A stretch of 64,000 bases of DNA, from assembly GCA_964016885.1 (NCBI GenBank), contig OZ024742.1, positions 233,988,001 to 234,052,000 on the forward strand, written 5' to 3'. The notes under the pieces were generated by a model, which ran no database searches, had not been told where the DNA came from, and was given only the letters and a program-made list of their open reading frames with translations. Shown in pieces: positions 52,626-64,000 of the stretch (its first letter is position 1; every line of letters starts with the position of its first letter). This stretch comes from Eledone cirrhosa (Eukaryota). Position numbers and translations under genes: made by a program.

Positions 52626-55600
52626 ACACTAACATACACCCAGTAGGTACCTCTTAACCACTTAATCCACTATATCACCTTCCATACACCCCCTACAACA
52701 CCCTCCCACTTCTGTCCACACCATCCTTACACTGTAAAGCTATGTTGGTATCACAAAAACCTCCAGCCCACACTGTAAAGTGGTCATGTAGGTGTCGCAA
52801 CTAAAAGCACCCAGCCAACACTGTAAATATGGTTGGTGTTAGGAAGGGCATCCAGCCATAGAAATCTAGCACGACACGGTCACCTGACCCAACTTGCCTC
52901 TAATGGGACAACCTGTTCAACCCATGCTAGCCTGGACAATGGACGTCAAACGATGATGATGATGATAATGATGATGATATTGAGTGTGAAAGACCAAAGC
53001 TCGCTGCTATTTTGTGGAGGTGTATATTTCACAAGGGTCTTTTTTATTGGAGAAGGTAATAAATTCTTAATATATTCTATAATCCATATTTTTACTTTAC
53101 AATTTTACAGTCAATTGCATACACTGAAATAGAGAGGAGTTTTTGAAAATTTCATTTATTCGTTATAAAAATCAAATGATAGTATTTTAGTTGTGGGTGG
53201 GCCTCTTTGTCTCCTCCTGGCAACCAATAGTTTTAGACCCAGTCCATCACTGTATATACCCACATATGTCAAGAATATACCCCTATATGTACACATATAC
53301 ATTAAAAAATGAAAGCAGATGCTTCTATATGGTCTCTTGACCTGCTAAAAATAATAGCCAAATCTCTGTCAATTCTTAAAAACAGGAAAACATATACAAA
53401 ATGAAAAGAATACTATTTGATTACAGTTGAAATGGCTGAAATTGTTCATATAGGTTACAAGAAGTGTTGAGGTTAGATTTGAGGATATAGAAATTCACAA
53501 ACAAAATGACACAATATTGTAAGATGTGACATATAATACTGCAGACCTATCTGACCCATCCCAGCATAGAAAATTTGACATTCAAGCAACAGCAGTGGTG
53601 ATGACAATATTAAGCTAACTGCTTTATGTGGATTATGTGGGCAAACATGTGTGAATCATAAATAACTTACACAAGGCCACCATACAAGAATGACATGCAC
53701 ACTCATGAGCTTTCCACATTCTTTTTACAAACCAGTCCATCTCAACCTGCTAGAAATAACAACCAAATCTTCCTTAAATCATATCGTACCACAAAGAATA
53801 CATTGGAAAATATAAGCCCTGATATACAAACAGGCAGGATGTCATGGCTTCTGATTAGAAGTCTGCTTGATCAGGGCTGACCGGGAGCTAAACAACAACA
53901 ACTTAAAATATTAAATAATACATGATCAAACACTTCAACCCAGTCCTTTTAACTTTTGATTTGAACTTGAATAAGAATATTAATAGTAACAGAGCTAACA
54001 GATATATTGTACATTGTGGACTGGCTATTCTTACATTTGTAAAACAACCACAGAGGTTATGGCATGTCATGAATAGCTGTCCTAACACATCACAAGCAAT
54101 TAGACACAATTAGATTAAATATGCAAATAATAATAAACCTCCACAAATTCAGTTCATACACATCTCTGGTATGAATTTCAATAGCATGATATGTAATATT
54201 CTCCATTATTCTAGCTTTAGAATTCACTCTGCCAACAAATGTTTTCTGTCTATTTAAAGCAGTTCTAAACTTTTTTAATGATAGAATAAAGTACAAATAG
54301 CTTCAGTCTACAGGTTTCCACTTCTTTAATAATTCAAAGCAATCATTTTCATGATTCTATTTATAATAAACAACATTCATGTTAGATGAAAAATGATCAA
54401 ATTTCCCTACACTCAAGAACACTAGTCTCCCCTCTCCATGATACCAATGTCGTCCAGGGGCTTCCAGTTGAATGAACTGGAATAACATGAAATAAAGTGC
54501 CTTGTTCAAGTATACAACAAGCTGCTCAGCCCTGCAATTGAACTCATGGTTTTATGATCATGAGCCCAACACTAACTATTAAGCTATGTGCTTTCACAAT
54601 ATATATCTTTCCGGATATCACCATTAATCTATTAATTACTTTTAAAGTAAAAACTTGTTTCTATATAAATGGTAATGATAAAATTTTAACTGTTAAACAT
54701 TAAAACTGGAGTTTCATAACAAAACAATAAATTAACAAGAACAGTTTCATCCTTCTTGTTATATCTTGATTAAATTGATATGAATACAACTGGGATAATT
54801 AAGAAAATAAATACAGGAAAGGTTTTAACACTTTTAATACCAAACTACCTTAAACAGCCTCTGGTTCTATGGAACAAAACTAGAGGTTTTTAAAGTGTTT
54901 CTATCTATGCTAAAACCTTCAATCATGAATTTGTTTAAGAACTTCTCTTAAGTTATGTTCCAAACACCAGCTTAATAATGAGAAACTTATATGACTAAAT
55001 TCCTCAGAATTCCTGATTATTTTCAAAATTATTTTAAAATTGTAAACATTAAAAATATAGTAACAATATGCCAACATGTTTAATCCAAAAAGTGAAGAAC
55101 AAAAAACAAATGAAAAACATTTGAATTCTTTGCCAGTAGTATGAAATGGTCAAGCATTTCCTTCACCTTCCTTCTTGCTCTTAAAAGTGTCAAGTAGGGG
55201 TTAAGCAATTAAAGTCTAGAGCAAGATAATTTGCTTTCAAAGATAAAGCATATCACAGATTACAATTATGACCAAATGTAATTATAACCTTCAGGAAGAC
55301 TCTCTTGATAGTTCCTTAAAAATTAAAGTAAAGTATCTTTTAATAGCCAAGATGTGAAAGATCTGAATAAAATACAATTACTTCATATCATATGTCACTG
55401 ACAAGTGAATGGTTCAACAAATGAGAATTATTTGTTGCCAATGTACTTATCCACATGTACATGACAGCTGTTCACAAAACTATAAGGCCAGATAAATAAT
55501 TTGATATCACAAACTTCAAAATCTAATCTAATTTCCTGATTATAACAATATTTAACTCTTTGAAATTGAGCAGTTTCAGTTTCACATTAATTGTATTGTT

Positions 55601-55744
55601 CAACATTTCACCACATGAAGCCACAATAGCTAAACATTCTTGAAAAGTACAAAACAGCTCTACGATTGCATCACATTGAAAATTAAAATAAATCTTTACT
55701 CTAATACTGTAAGTTTTCACGACAATCTGTGCACTAGCAAATAA

Positions 55745-55789
<45 letters not shown>

Positions 55790-55792
<3 letters not shown>

Positions 55793-55886
55793 ATTTCCGT
55801 AGGAAAGGTAAAGTGAGTGCTCTATGTAGGCTACAGAGCTTTTTAGTTATGTAATAAACAACATAAGATAATTATTTCATTTACCA
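55790..55886 (-). mobile_element. 3' fragment of the 11420-11730 PLE family
   Basis: Reverse complement matches 11625-11730, including the tail hairpin. Flanked by (TA)n. Confidence 0.7.
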
Positions 55887-55902
55887 TTAACTATATATAT
55901 AT

Positions 55903-56367
55903 TGTTATATTTTGGGAGGGTCATGCTGCCAATAAAAACATGAAGACATACAGACACACAGAAAAACCAAACTAATAAAACAAACCAGACACACACTAAT
56001 AGAACAAACATCCAACTAGTGACAAGTAAATAAACACATAAATAAATAAACACACACACCCAGATGTAACGTATGTGCAAACCAAGAACACAACACACAA
56101 AAACAAAATGATACAAGACAGAACAAAGAAGAGACACAAAATAAAAACCCAGTCACTGAGGAGGTAACACAATGTGTGAGGAAAGAGCTTTGACAATATA
56201 TAAACAACCATCCAGCTATCGAACCAACCGGAAATTTATAATAAATTGAAGTGAAAACCAACAGGTGTGTATGTTTTATTGGCAGCATGACCCTCCCAAA
56301 GTATAACATCTGTTTCAACACACACTTTCAAATAAGAAATCTTGCAAAACAAATTCAAAAACGAAAT
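55903..56367 (+). mobile_element. Older 5'-truncated Penelope pLTR with short inverted 5' arm (55903-55941 vs 56271-56308)
   Basis: Homologous to 59205-59648. Degenerate hammerhead agtca-CTGAGGA...GAAA-gagctt-tgac at 56151-56195. Confidence 0.75.
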
Positions 56368-56379
56368 ATATATATATAT

Positions 56380-57790
56380 ATCATCATCATCATCATTTTA
56401 CGTCCGCTTTTCCCTGCTTGCAAGGGTGGGACGGGTCTTATTCAGCACAGCATCTCTCCACTTGTCATGGTCCTTCATCATCTCCACCGTGAGCTTCAGC
56501 GATCTGATGTCTGTTCTCACCACCTCCGCCCATGTTGTTCGTGGTCTACCTCTACTACGTCTTCCTTCAACTGGCATTTCCTGGCACTTCTTCACCCATC
56601 GGTCATCCTCCATGCGCATCACATGTCCGTACCACCGCAGTCTCCTCTCTTGCACACTATATTCTATCCCTCTCAGACACAGTTTCTTTCTCAACACATC
56701 CATGCTGGGTCGTTCACGCACATTGACATTGCACATCCAACGGAGCATGCTTGCCTCATTTCTCTCCAGCCATCGCATATCCTCTGCAGTTGCTGCCCAA
56801 GTCTCACTACCATGCAGCATCGCGCTCCTCACACAGGCATCATATTTCCAGCCTTTCATACACAGGTAGAAACCCTTCTTCGTCAGCAGAGGAAGCAGCT
56901 CCCTAAACTTCTTCCAACCCATCTTTATTCTAGATACTATGGCCTCGGAATAATCTTATCTCCTAGGTACCTATAGCACCCGCCTGCATTGAAAAATGTG
57001 TTTATCAATGCGACTTCTACTGTCTAATTTCCCTGTGCATCTGCATACGTATTTCTCCCTACCTGTTAGTTTGCCTGCTATCCCACTACATCTCTTGTGT
57101 ACCTAGGATCTGCATTGTGTGCATTTTATAGAATTTATGCCAGTTCCTTTTCTGCATATCGAACATGGCCATTTCCCTGACGGAATCAGAGTTTTATCCT
57201 CTTTTCTACTCATCAACACTTTTGTCTTAGCTAGGTTCACTCTCAGTCCTCTTGATTCCAACTGCTGTTTCCATAGCCAGAATTTATTCTCTAGCTCCTC
57301 TACTGATTCTGCTATAAGAACCAGATCATCAGCATAGAGAAGTTCCCATGGACAGCCAGTCTTAAACTCCTCTGTTATGGCTTGAAGGACTATAATAAAC
57401 AAGAGTGGTCTGAGGACCGAACCTTGATGTACTCCTACTTGTATCTGGAATTCCTCACTAAACTCCATTCCTACCCTGACTTTACTGACAACACCTCTGT
57501 ACAAAGTTTGCACTGTCCTCACAAGCCATTCCTCAACAACTAGGGACCACCATATGACAGATCGGGGTACCCTATCAAAGGCCTTCTCTAGGTCAACAAA
57601 GGCTAGGTATAGTGGCTTATTCTTCTCTAAGAACCTCTCTTGTAATTGTCTCACCAAGAAGAGGGCATCTGTTGTACTTTTCCCAGACGCAAAACCAAAC
57701 TGCATCTCATCTAGTTTGACCCTTTCTCTAATTAGTTGTGCTAATATCGTTTCTGCCACTTCCATAACCTGATCCATCAGTCTTATACCC
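56380..57790 (-). mobile_element. 5'-truncated RTE-clade LINE, best-preserved copy
   Basis: ORF 57103..57777 has QFGF, FVDLEKAFDRV, GVHQGSVL, LYADDLVL. ORF 56398..56922 has RRLRWYGHVMR...GRPR. (TGA)n tail. Confidence 0.92.
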
Positions 57791-57795
57791 CTATA

Positions 57796-57829
<34 letters not shown>

Positions 57830-57830
<1 letters not shown>

Positions 57831-58243
57831 AAGGTGCATGGCTTAGTGGTTAGAGCATTGGGTTTACCGGATGATGTGTTGTTTCCTTGAGCAAGACACT
57901 TTATTTCACATTGCTCCAGTTTACTCAGCTGTAGAAATGAGATGATAGGACTGGGGTCCCTATCATTCCACTGCAAAGTGGTCGTGGAGGTGCCATGGCA
58001 AAAAAGCACCCAGCCCACGCTGTAAACTGAACGTGTAGACGCCACGGGAAAAAAGCACTCAGCACTCACTGTAAATGAGGTTGGTGTTAGGAAGGGCATC
58101 CAGCTGTAGAAATCAAGCCAGAATCAGTTCTCGTATGAGCAAGACAAGGTCAGCCGACTGGACATTGCCCACAGCAGGACAACCCGTCTAACCCATGCTA
58201 GCGTGGAAGAACGTACATAAAATGGTGATGATGATGATGATGA
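57830..58243 (+). mobile_element. tRNA/V-domain SINE with alternative RTE tail
   Basis: Homology to 38109 and 61581, (TGA)n tail. Confidence 0.8.
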
Positions 58244-58406
58244 TATATATATATATATATATATATATTGTTATACTTTGGGAGGGTCATGTTGCCAATA
58301 AGTAACACACGCACCAATTGCTTTCACTTCAATTTATTATATATTTATAAATTTATAAATTTCTGGTTGGTTGGTTGGTTCCACAACCAGATAGTTGTTT
58401 ATATAT

Positions 58407-58451
58407 AGTCATAGTTCTTTCGTCACACACTCTGTGACCTCTTCAGTGACT
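58407..58451 (-). ncRNA. Type I minimal hammerhead ribozyme (inverted copy)
   Basis: Exact reverse complement of 59405-59449. Confidence 0.85.
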
Positions 58452-58651
58452 GGGGATTCCTTTCTTTGTTTCTGTGCCTCTCCTTTGTTCTGTCCTACGC
58501 CATTTTGTTTCTGTGTGTGTGTTGTGTGCTCAGTCTGCGCATGCGCCACATCCGGGTGTCTGTGTGTGTTTATGTTCATTTATTTATTTGCTTATTTACA
58601 TGTTACTGGTTGGTTGTTTGTTCTATGTGTGTGTGTGTTTTCATTTTGTCC

Positions 58652-58960
58652 TTAATTGTAAGTTGTGATGTTGCTGTTCCACTTATATTTTCTATTTAAT
58701 TTTGGTTGTAATTCTTTTATGTTTATTGCCTCTGTAATTTGTCTAAACATTGCTTCTTTTCTGTGTGTAGATTCTATTTTTATTTCTATGTTCTCTAATT
58801 TACCCTTGTGTTCTATTTTAGCATGTTGGTAGAGTACAGATGATTCTTTATTTTCTTGAAGGTCTCGCCAGTGTTCATTTATCCGTTCCCCTACACTACG
58901 AGCTGTCTCACCTATGTACACTATATTTTTGTCTCTACATTGTCCTTCAGTACATCTTAT
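58652..58960 (-). pseudogene. Penelope GIY-YIG endonuclease domain fragment
   Basis: IRCTEGQCRDKNIVYIGETARSVGERINEH...H...E...N. The RT part is missing. Confidence 0.85.
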
Positions 58961-59404
58961 GCTAGGGGAACGGATAAATGAACACTGGCGAGACCTTCAA
59001 GATAATAAAGAATCATCTGTACTCTACCAACATGCTAAAATAGAACACAAGGGTAAATTAGAGAACATAGAAATAAAAATAGAATCTACACACAGAAAAG
59101 ACGCAATGTTTAGACAAATTACAGAGGCAATAAACATAAAAGAATTACAACCAAAATTAAATAGAAAATATGAGTGGAACAGCAACATCACAACTTACAA
59201 TTAAGGACAAAATGAAAACACACACACACATAGAACAAACAACCAACCAGTAACATGTAAATAAACAAATAAATAAATGAACATAAACACACACAGACAC
59301 CCGGATGTGGCGCATGCGCAGACTGAGCACACAACACACACACAGAAACAAAATAGCGTAGGACAGAACAAAGGAGAGGCACAGAAACAAAGAAAGGAAT
59401 CCCC

Positions 59405-59449
59405 AGTCACTGAAGAGGTCACAGAGTGTGTGACGAAAGAACTATGACT
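59405..59449 (+). ncRNA. Type I minimal hammerhead ribozyme of the Penelope pLTR
   Basis: agtca-CTGAAGA-g-GTCACA(gagtg)TGTGAC-GAAA-G(aa)C-TA-tgact, CUA triplet. Confidence 0.85.
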
Positions 59450-59647
59450 ATATATAAACAACTATCTGGTTGTGGAACCAACCAACCAACCAGAAATTTA
59501 TAAATTTATAAATATATAATAAATTGAAGTGAAAGCAATTGGTGCGTGTGTTACTTATTGGCAACATGACCCTCCCAAAGTATAACAATATCGGTTTCAA
59601 CACACGATTTCAGATAAAGAATCTTGCTAAACAAATTCAGAAACGAA

Positions 59648-59680
<33 letters not shown>

Positions 59681-59696
59681 TATGTATGTATATATT

Positions 59697-60023
59697 TCGA
59701 CCAAGCATAGACCAGTTGAGAAAGAAACTGGGTATAAGAAGGATAAGTTGTGGTGTGCAGGAGAGAAGGGTGAGATGGTATGGACATGTGATGCATATGG
59801 AGGATGAGAAGTGCCAAGAAATCCCAGTAGAAGGAAGACGCAGTAGAGGTAGACCACGAAAAACATGGGCGGAGGTGGTGAGAGCAGACCTCAGATTGCT
59901 GAAACTCACTGAGGAAATAACGAAAGACCGTGACAAGTAGAGAGATGCTGTGCTGAATAGGACCCGTCCAACCCTTGCTAGCAGGGAAAAGCGGACGTAA
60001 AATGATGATGGTGATGATGATGA
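59697..60023 (+). mobile_element. 5'-truncated RTE LINE 3' end
   Basis: RRVRWYGHVMHME...GRPRKTW. Same 3' terminus and (TGA)n tail as 56380. Confidence 0.85.
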
Positions 60024-60336
60024 TATTTATAAATATTTATATATATCTTTATTAGCAACAAAGTACAATGAGGTCCTTAACAACATTTGTTCCACTGGGG
60101 ATATGTTGAGACAAATATGCTAGTTATATATTATGCAACATTGAAATTATCATATGGAATGGTACTAAGAAAGTGATACAATAATATATATATGTATAGA
60201 GGGTTGTGTTTTTGTTTTTTTTAGTGTGTGCATTAATGGGCAACGTAAGAATAGAAAGCTATAGGAGCTGAGAGGCAGAAGCTAGAATACAATAAAATAC
60301 AATAAACAAGATAAAACTTGTTTCAAAATGGTATAA

Positions 60337-60531
60337 ATTTCATGCTTTATTGTTCGTTTAGGTGAAGGTAAAGATGCAAAAAGATGAGTGTGTAAGAGTT
60401 AATATTAGAATTTAAATCATTTACTATCACATTTACTATTTCATGCTTTATTGTTCGTTTAGGTGAAGGTAAAGATGCAAAAAGATGAGTGTGTAAGAGT
60501 TAATATTAGAATTTAAATCATTTACTATCAC
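60337..60531. repeat. Perfect 94-bp tandem duplication with 7-nt junction insert
   Basis: 60337-60430 equals 60438-60531. Confidence 0.9.
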
Positions 60532-61169
60532 CAAAAGTTATGTAATTAGTCTGTCTAGAATATATAACTTGGTCTAACAACTCTGTTAATCCCTCATCCT
60601 AGAATGGTACTTAAGTTTATTGACCCTGAAAGGTTGAAAGGAAAAGGTGACCTCAAAAAGCTAGAACAAACACAGCAAGACATTTTGTCTGATGCTCTAA
60701 TGATTCAGTCAATTTATTGTCTAAAGTCTATTATGGATTATTAAACAATATAGAAAGCTAAAAATGAAACAATGAAATAATATTAACATATTTCTATTAT
60801 CACAAGAGATTAGATGTGAGGAAAGTAAATTAAAAGTATATTGAAAAGTGGATGTAAAAACATGATGTACCAGATAATACATGAAGACTTAGTCTATCCT
60901 ACTGTTATTTAAAATATTGAGTTCTGATATTATCTCACACTTACAGAAACAATCCTGAATTCAATTCTGAAGTAGTTTTATTCTAACAACCACTTTCGTT
61001 TATCAACATCCTATTATTACCATCCTTTCATTCTACCAATTTCTGACAATATTTAACTTTTCCTTCACACCAACTAAACAAAACCCCCAGTTAACTACAT
61101 AAGACACTCTTATGCTTTCAATTATGCTCCTAATTGTAAGATTTCTTAGCTGAGGTGATACAAGATTAA

Positions 61170-61376
61170 CCCTTTAACATTTAAACCGGCTGTATCTAGC
61201 CAGATTTCTCTTACCACTTTCGGTTCAAACCGGCTGTAACTGGCCACTCATACTAATGTTAATATATTGTTCTCAAAATAAATGATAACAAAATCTCATA
61301 GACTCGATATTATGTGAGGTAAAGACTTTACCATGAAAATATAATAGTAAATATAGATAATGTAAATGCTAAAAGG
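61170..61376. mobile_element. piggyBac-like MITE
   Basis: TTAA-ccctttaacattta ... taaatgctaaaagg-TTAA. Confidence 0.7.
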
Positions 61377-61580
61377 TTAAGATACATGGAAATACTTCAA
61401 GGAGCTGATTCATGAAGTAGTGTGGTTAAATAGCTGTGAAATCAGCAATAGTGATGATGAAATAGAAGATACTTTAACTTGACCAATTCCTAGTTATTGT
61501 TCATCTAATAATTCAGCGTTATAGATTAGCTTTTATTTACCAAATTATTTACTTTAATTATAATATGCCATATTTCATAT

Positions 61581-61951
61581 ATCATCATCATCATCATCAT
61601 TTTACGTCCGCTTTTCCCTGCTTGCAAGGGTGGGACGGGAACTGATTCTGGCTTGATTTCTACTGCTGGATGCCCTTCCTAACACCAACCTCATTTACAG
61701 TGAGTGCTGGGTGCTTTTTTCCTGGCACCTACACGTCCACTTTACAGTGTGGGCTGGGTGCTTTTTTTGCCGTGGCACCTCCACGACCACTTTACAGTGG
61801 AATGATAGAGACCCCAGTCCCTATCATCTCATTTCTACAGCTGAGTAAACTGGAGCAATGTGAAATAAAATGTCTTGCTCAAGGAAACAACACATCACCC
61901 GGTCTGAGAATTGAATTCACAACCTTTTGATTGCAAGGCCAATGCTCTAAC

Positions 61952-61956
<5 letters not shown>
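61581..61956 (-). mobile_element. tRNA/V-domain SINE with RTE tail
   Basis: Reverse-complement homology to 38109-38455. Confidence 0.85.
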
Positions 61957-61994
<38 letters not shown>

Positions 61995-62469
61995 GACAGG
62001 ACAGAAACACAACAGCAGACAGAAATACTCAAGGAATCATATACATGCACACTTAATTGCTGGTGGTGAGTGAATGGAAAGTACTTGAAATTAAATAGCA
62101 AACAGTTCAACACTGAAATATCTAGCTTTCACTTATACAATAGGTATTTAATAAATAAAGTCTTCTGATTAAAAAAACAAAACAATTAAAACAAACTTAT
62201 TGAATTATATGAAACTTAGTCTAATTATGATAATCATTTACATAAAACAACTTGCAAAAAGAAAAAAAAATAGTAAACTTTGAGAAATTAAACAATCAAT
62301 TTCATGAGTTTCTAATCACTCCTTTCCATGTCAGGTAGTCAGTCTTTACTACAACTAGCGCTGCAGTGACTTCATCAAGGAAGGATCTGTATTTGGAGTC
62401 TCTGTTTCGAACATTAATTTAAACCACCAATAGAAACTTTTTTTTTTTTCAGCATAAGTTTCATGAGGC

Positions 62470-62900
62470 AAATCCTCCCTCCCTATGGAATCCAGTCTCA
62501 AGCACATTCTGACAGCCAGCGGCTTGTATCCCCACTCTCATGTATGCAGTCATTTCTAGTGACACACTTGAATAGTGGAGCTTCCATCCTCCATTCAAGT
62601 CAACAGTACCAGAGCCATGGAACTTTGTTGAGAAAACCCTAACTATATCTAGCCAATAGCATCTAGCCTCCTCCACTAGTTCCTGCTCCTTGCCTGTAAC
62701 GTTCCAGTTACCAATTGTCAAGGTTTGCTTCCTTCCGGAAGCCTCAGGATATGTAACCTTTATGCATCCATCCCACACCTCCCAGAACAGCTCATAGGCC
62801 CATTGCCAGTTCTTGCACTGTTGAATGGAGATTGCAAAATAACTTCTGAACAGACCCCTCTACCTAACGCCTGAACGCATCCCTTGTTATCATACATGAA
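62470..62900 (-). pseudogene. LINE APE-endonuclease N-terminal remnant
   Basis: LTIGNWNVTGKEQELVEEA...LDIV....TK..GSG...GWKLHYS. Confidence 0.7.
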
Positions 62901-63383
62901 GGATGATTTGGTATGACTGTCTTTGTTGTGTCTAGCCATATTGCAAGATGGTTGGATAACATCCATGAGCTCTGCTAGTTTCACTTGGTGATCCAGCAGG
63001 ATCAATTGGAAATGACTGCTTCTGACAAGGCCTGCTGGAAGGCGTGCTTGACAACTCTGTCCCCATGACTCTCCCAGGAATAAATAGACAAAGAAGAAGA
63101 ATTTCATGAGTTGTTTGTGCATCATGAAGCAATAATAAGCTGAAAGCAATAGTAACAAATGCAAAATACAAAAATACTTTCATATAAACTTGGTGGGGTG
63201 GATAAAATAGATAATAGCTGTTGAATTAAAATGTAGTCAACACTTGAAATCCACTCCTTGTATTTAAGAAAAATATCCTGGTCTATTCTACTTATAAGAG
63301 AGATCATGTTATTTGTTTAACCTCACTTTAATCTCAAACAGAAGACAATAAGAGAAATATGTGTGTGACGTAATATTTAAACA

Positions 63384-63565
63384 TAATTGTTTCTACTTTA
63401 GGCACAAGGCCAGCAATTACCCAGTGCATTACTGGTACTTTATTTTATCGACCCCGTAAGGATGAAAGGCAAAGTCAACCTTGGTGGGATTTGAACTCAG
63501 ATCGTAAAGGGACGTAACTGTGCTGGAAAGCATGGCGTCCGACCCTCTACCGATACTGCCAAGCC
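63384..63565 (-). mobile_element. Full-length tRNA-derived Meta-domain SINE
   Basis: A box tggcagtatcggtagag, B box gagttcaaatcc, then ggttgactttgcctttcatccttacggggtcgataaaat (Meta-domain-like). Confidence 0.8.
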
Positions 63566-64000
63566 TTTGAGAATCAGAGATGTTTATTGCATAGTAATTG
63601 TAAAAAAATTGTATTATATACCTTCTGTTTTCAACTTGCTACCTTATAAATATAACTAATGTAAAGTGATCATGTTGGAGACATGACAAAAAGCACCCGG
63701 TTCATCCTGTAAGGTGGTCTTGCTGGTAACATAATGAAAAAATACCTAGTCCATGCTGCAAATGGCATTCGGAAGGGCATCCAGCCATAGAAACCAAGCC
63801 AGAAACAGTTCTGTATGAACATGACACAGTCACCTGATCTGACTTATCTCACAACGGGACAACTCGTCTAACCCACACGAGCATGGAAAATGGATGTTAA
63901 ATGGTGATGATGATGATATCTGATTTTTAAACTATGCAACTTATTATCAGGCATTTCTTTTATCTGAATAAATTACATAATTGACAAATACGAGAAAGAT

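Larger units (their letters stand above)
58265..59648. mobile_element. Penelope-like retroelement remnant as a 1.3-kb palindrome (arms 58265-58893 and 58963-59591) plus tail
   Basis: C-terminal GIY-YIG endonuclease (C..GQC...VYIGETARSVGERINEH...EAINIKELQPKLN) in both arms, hammerhead in the 3' UTR, (TA)n flanks, about 5 mismatches between arms. Confidence 0.92.

Noticed and set aside
56251-56976. 241-aa and 175-aa plus-strand ORFs
   Set aside because: Antisense shadows of the RTE ORF2.

Overview
AT-rich, repeat-dense animal genomic DNA. The repeat landscape (RTE LINEs, tRNA-derived V- and Meta-domain SINEs, (TA)n/(GA)n tracts) suggests an octopus-like mollusc, which is an inference. The only host gene I can support is a minus-strand coronin-7/POD1-like gene: seven coding exons with GT-AG boundaries and consistent phases run from ATG 40687 to 4609, and the gene continues off the left end. 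Introns and upstream DNA contain RTE and CRE LINE remnants, SINEs, Helitrons, mariner, hAT and piggyBac-type elements. The most notable signal is a set of Penelope-like elements (PLEs) inserted in (TA)n tracts, most of them inverted-repeat (palindromic) structures carrying type I hammerhead ribozymes. One has GIY-YIG coding sequence. Several otherwise unrelated families share a small bulged hairpin (RCTC-TG-loop-CA-TH-GAGY) that sits right at the point where the inverted arm stops. All coordinates were read by eye and no searches or folding programs were run.
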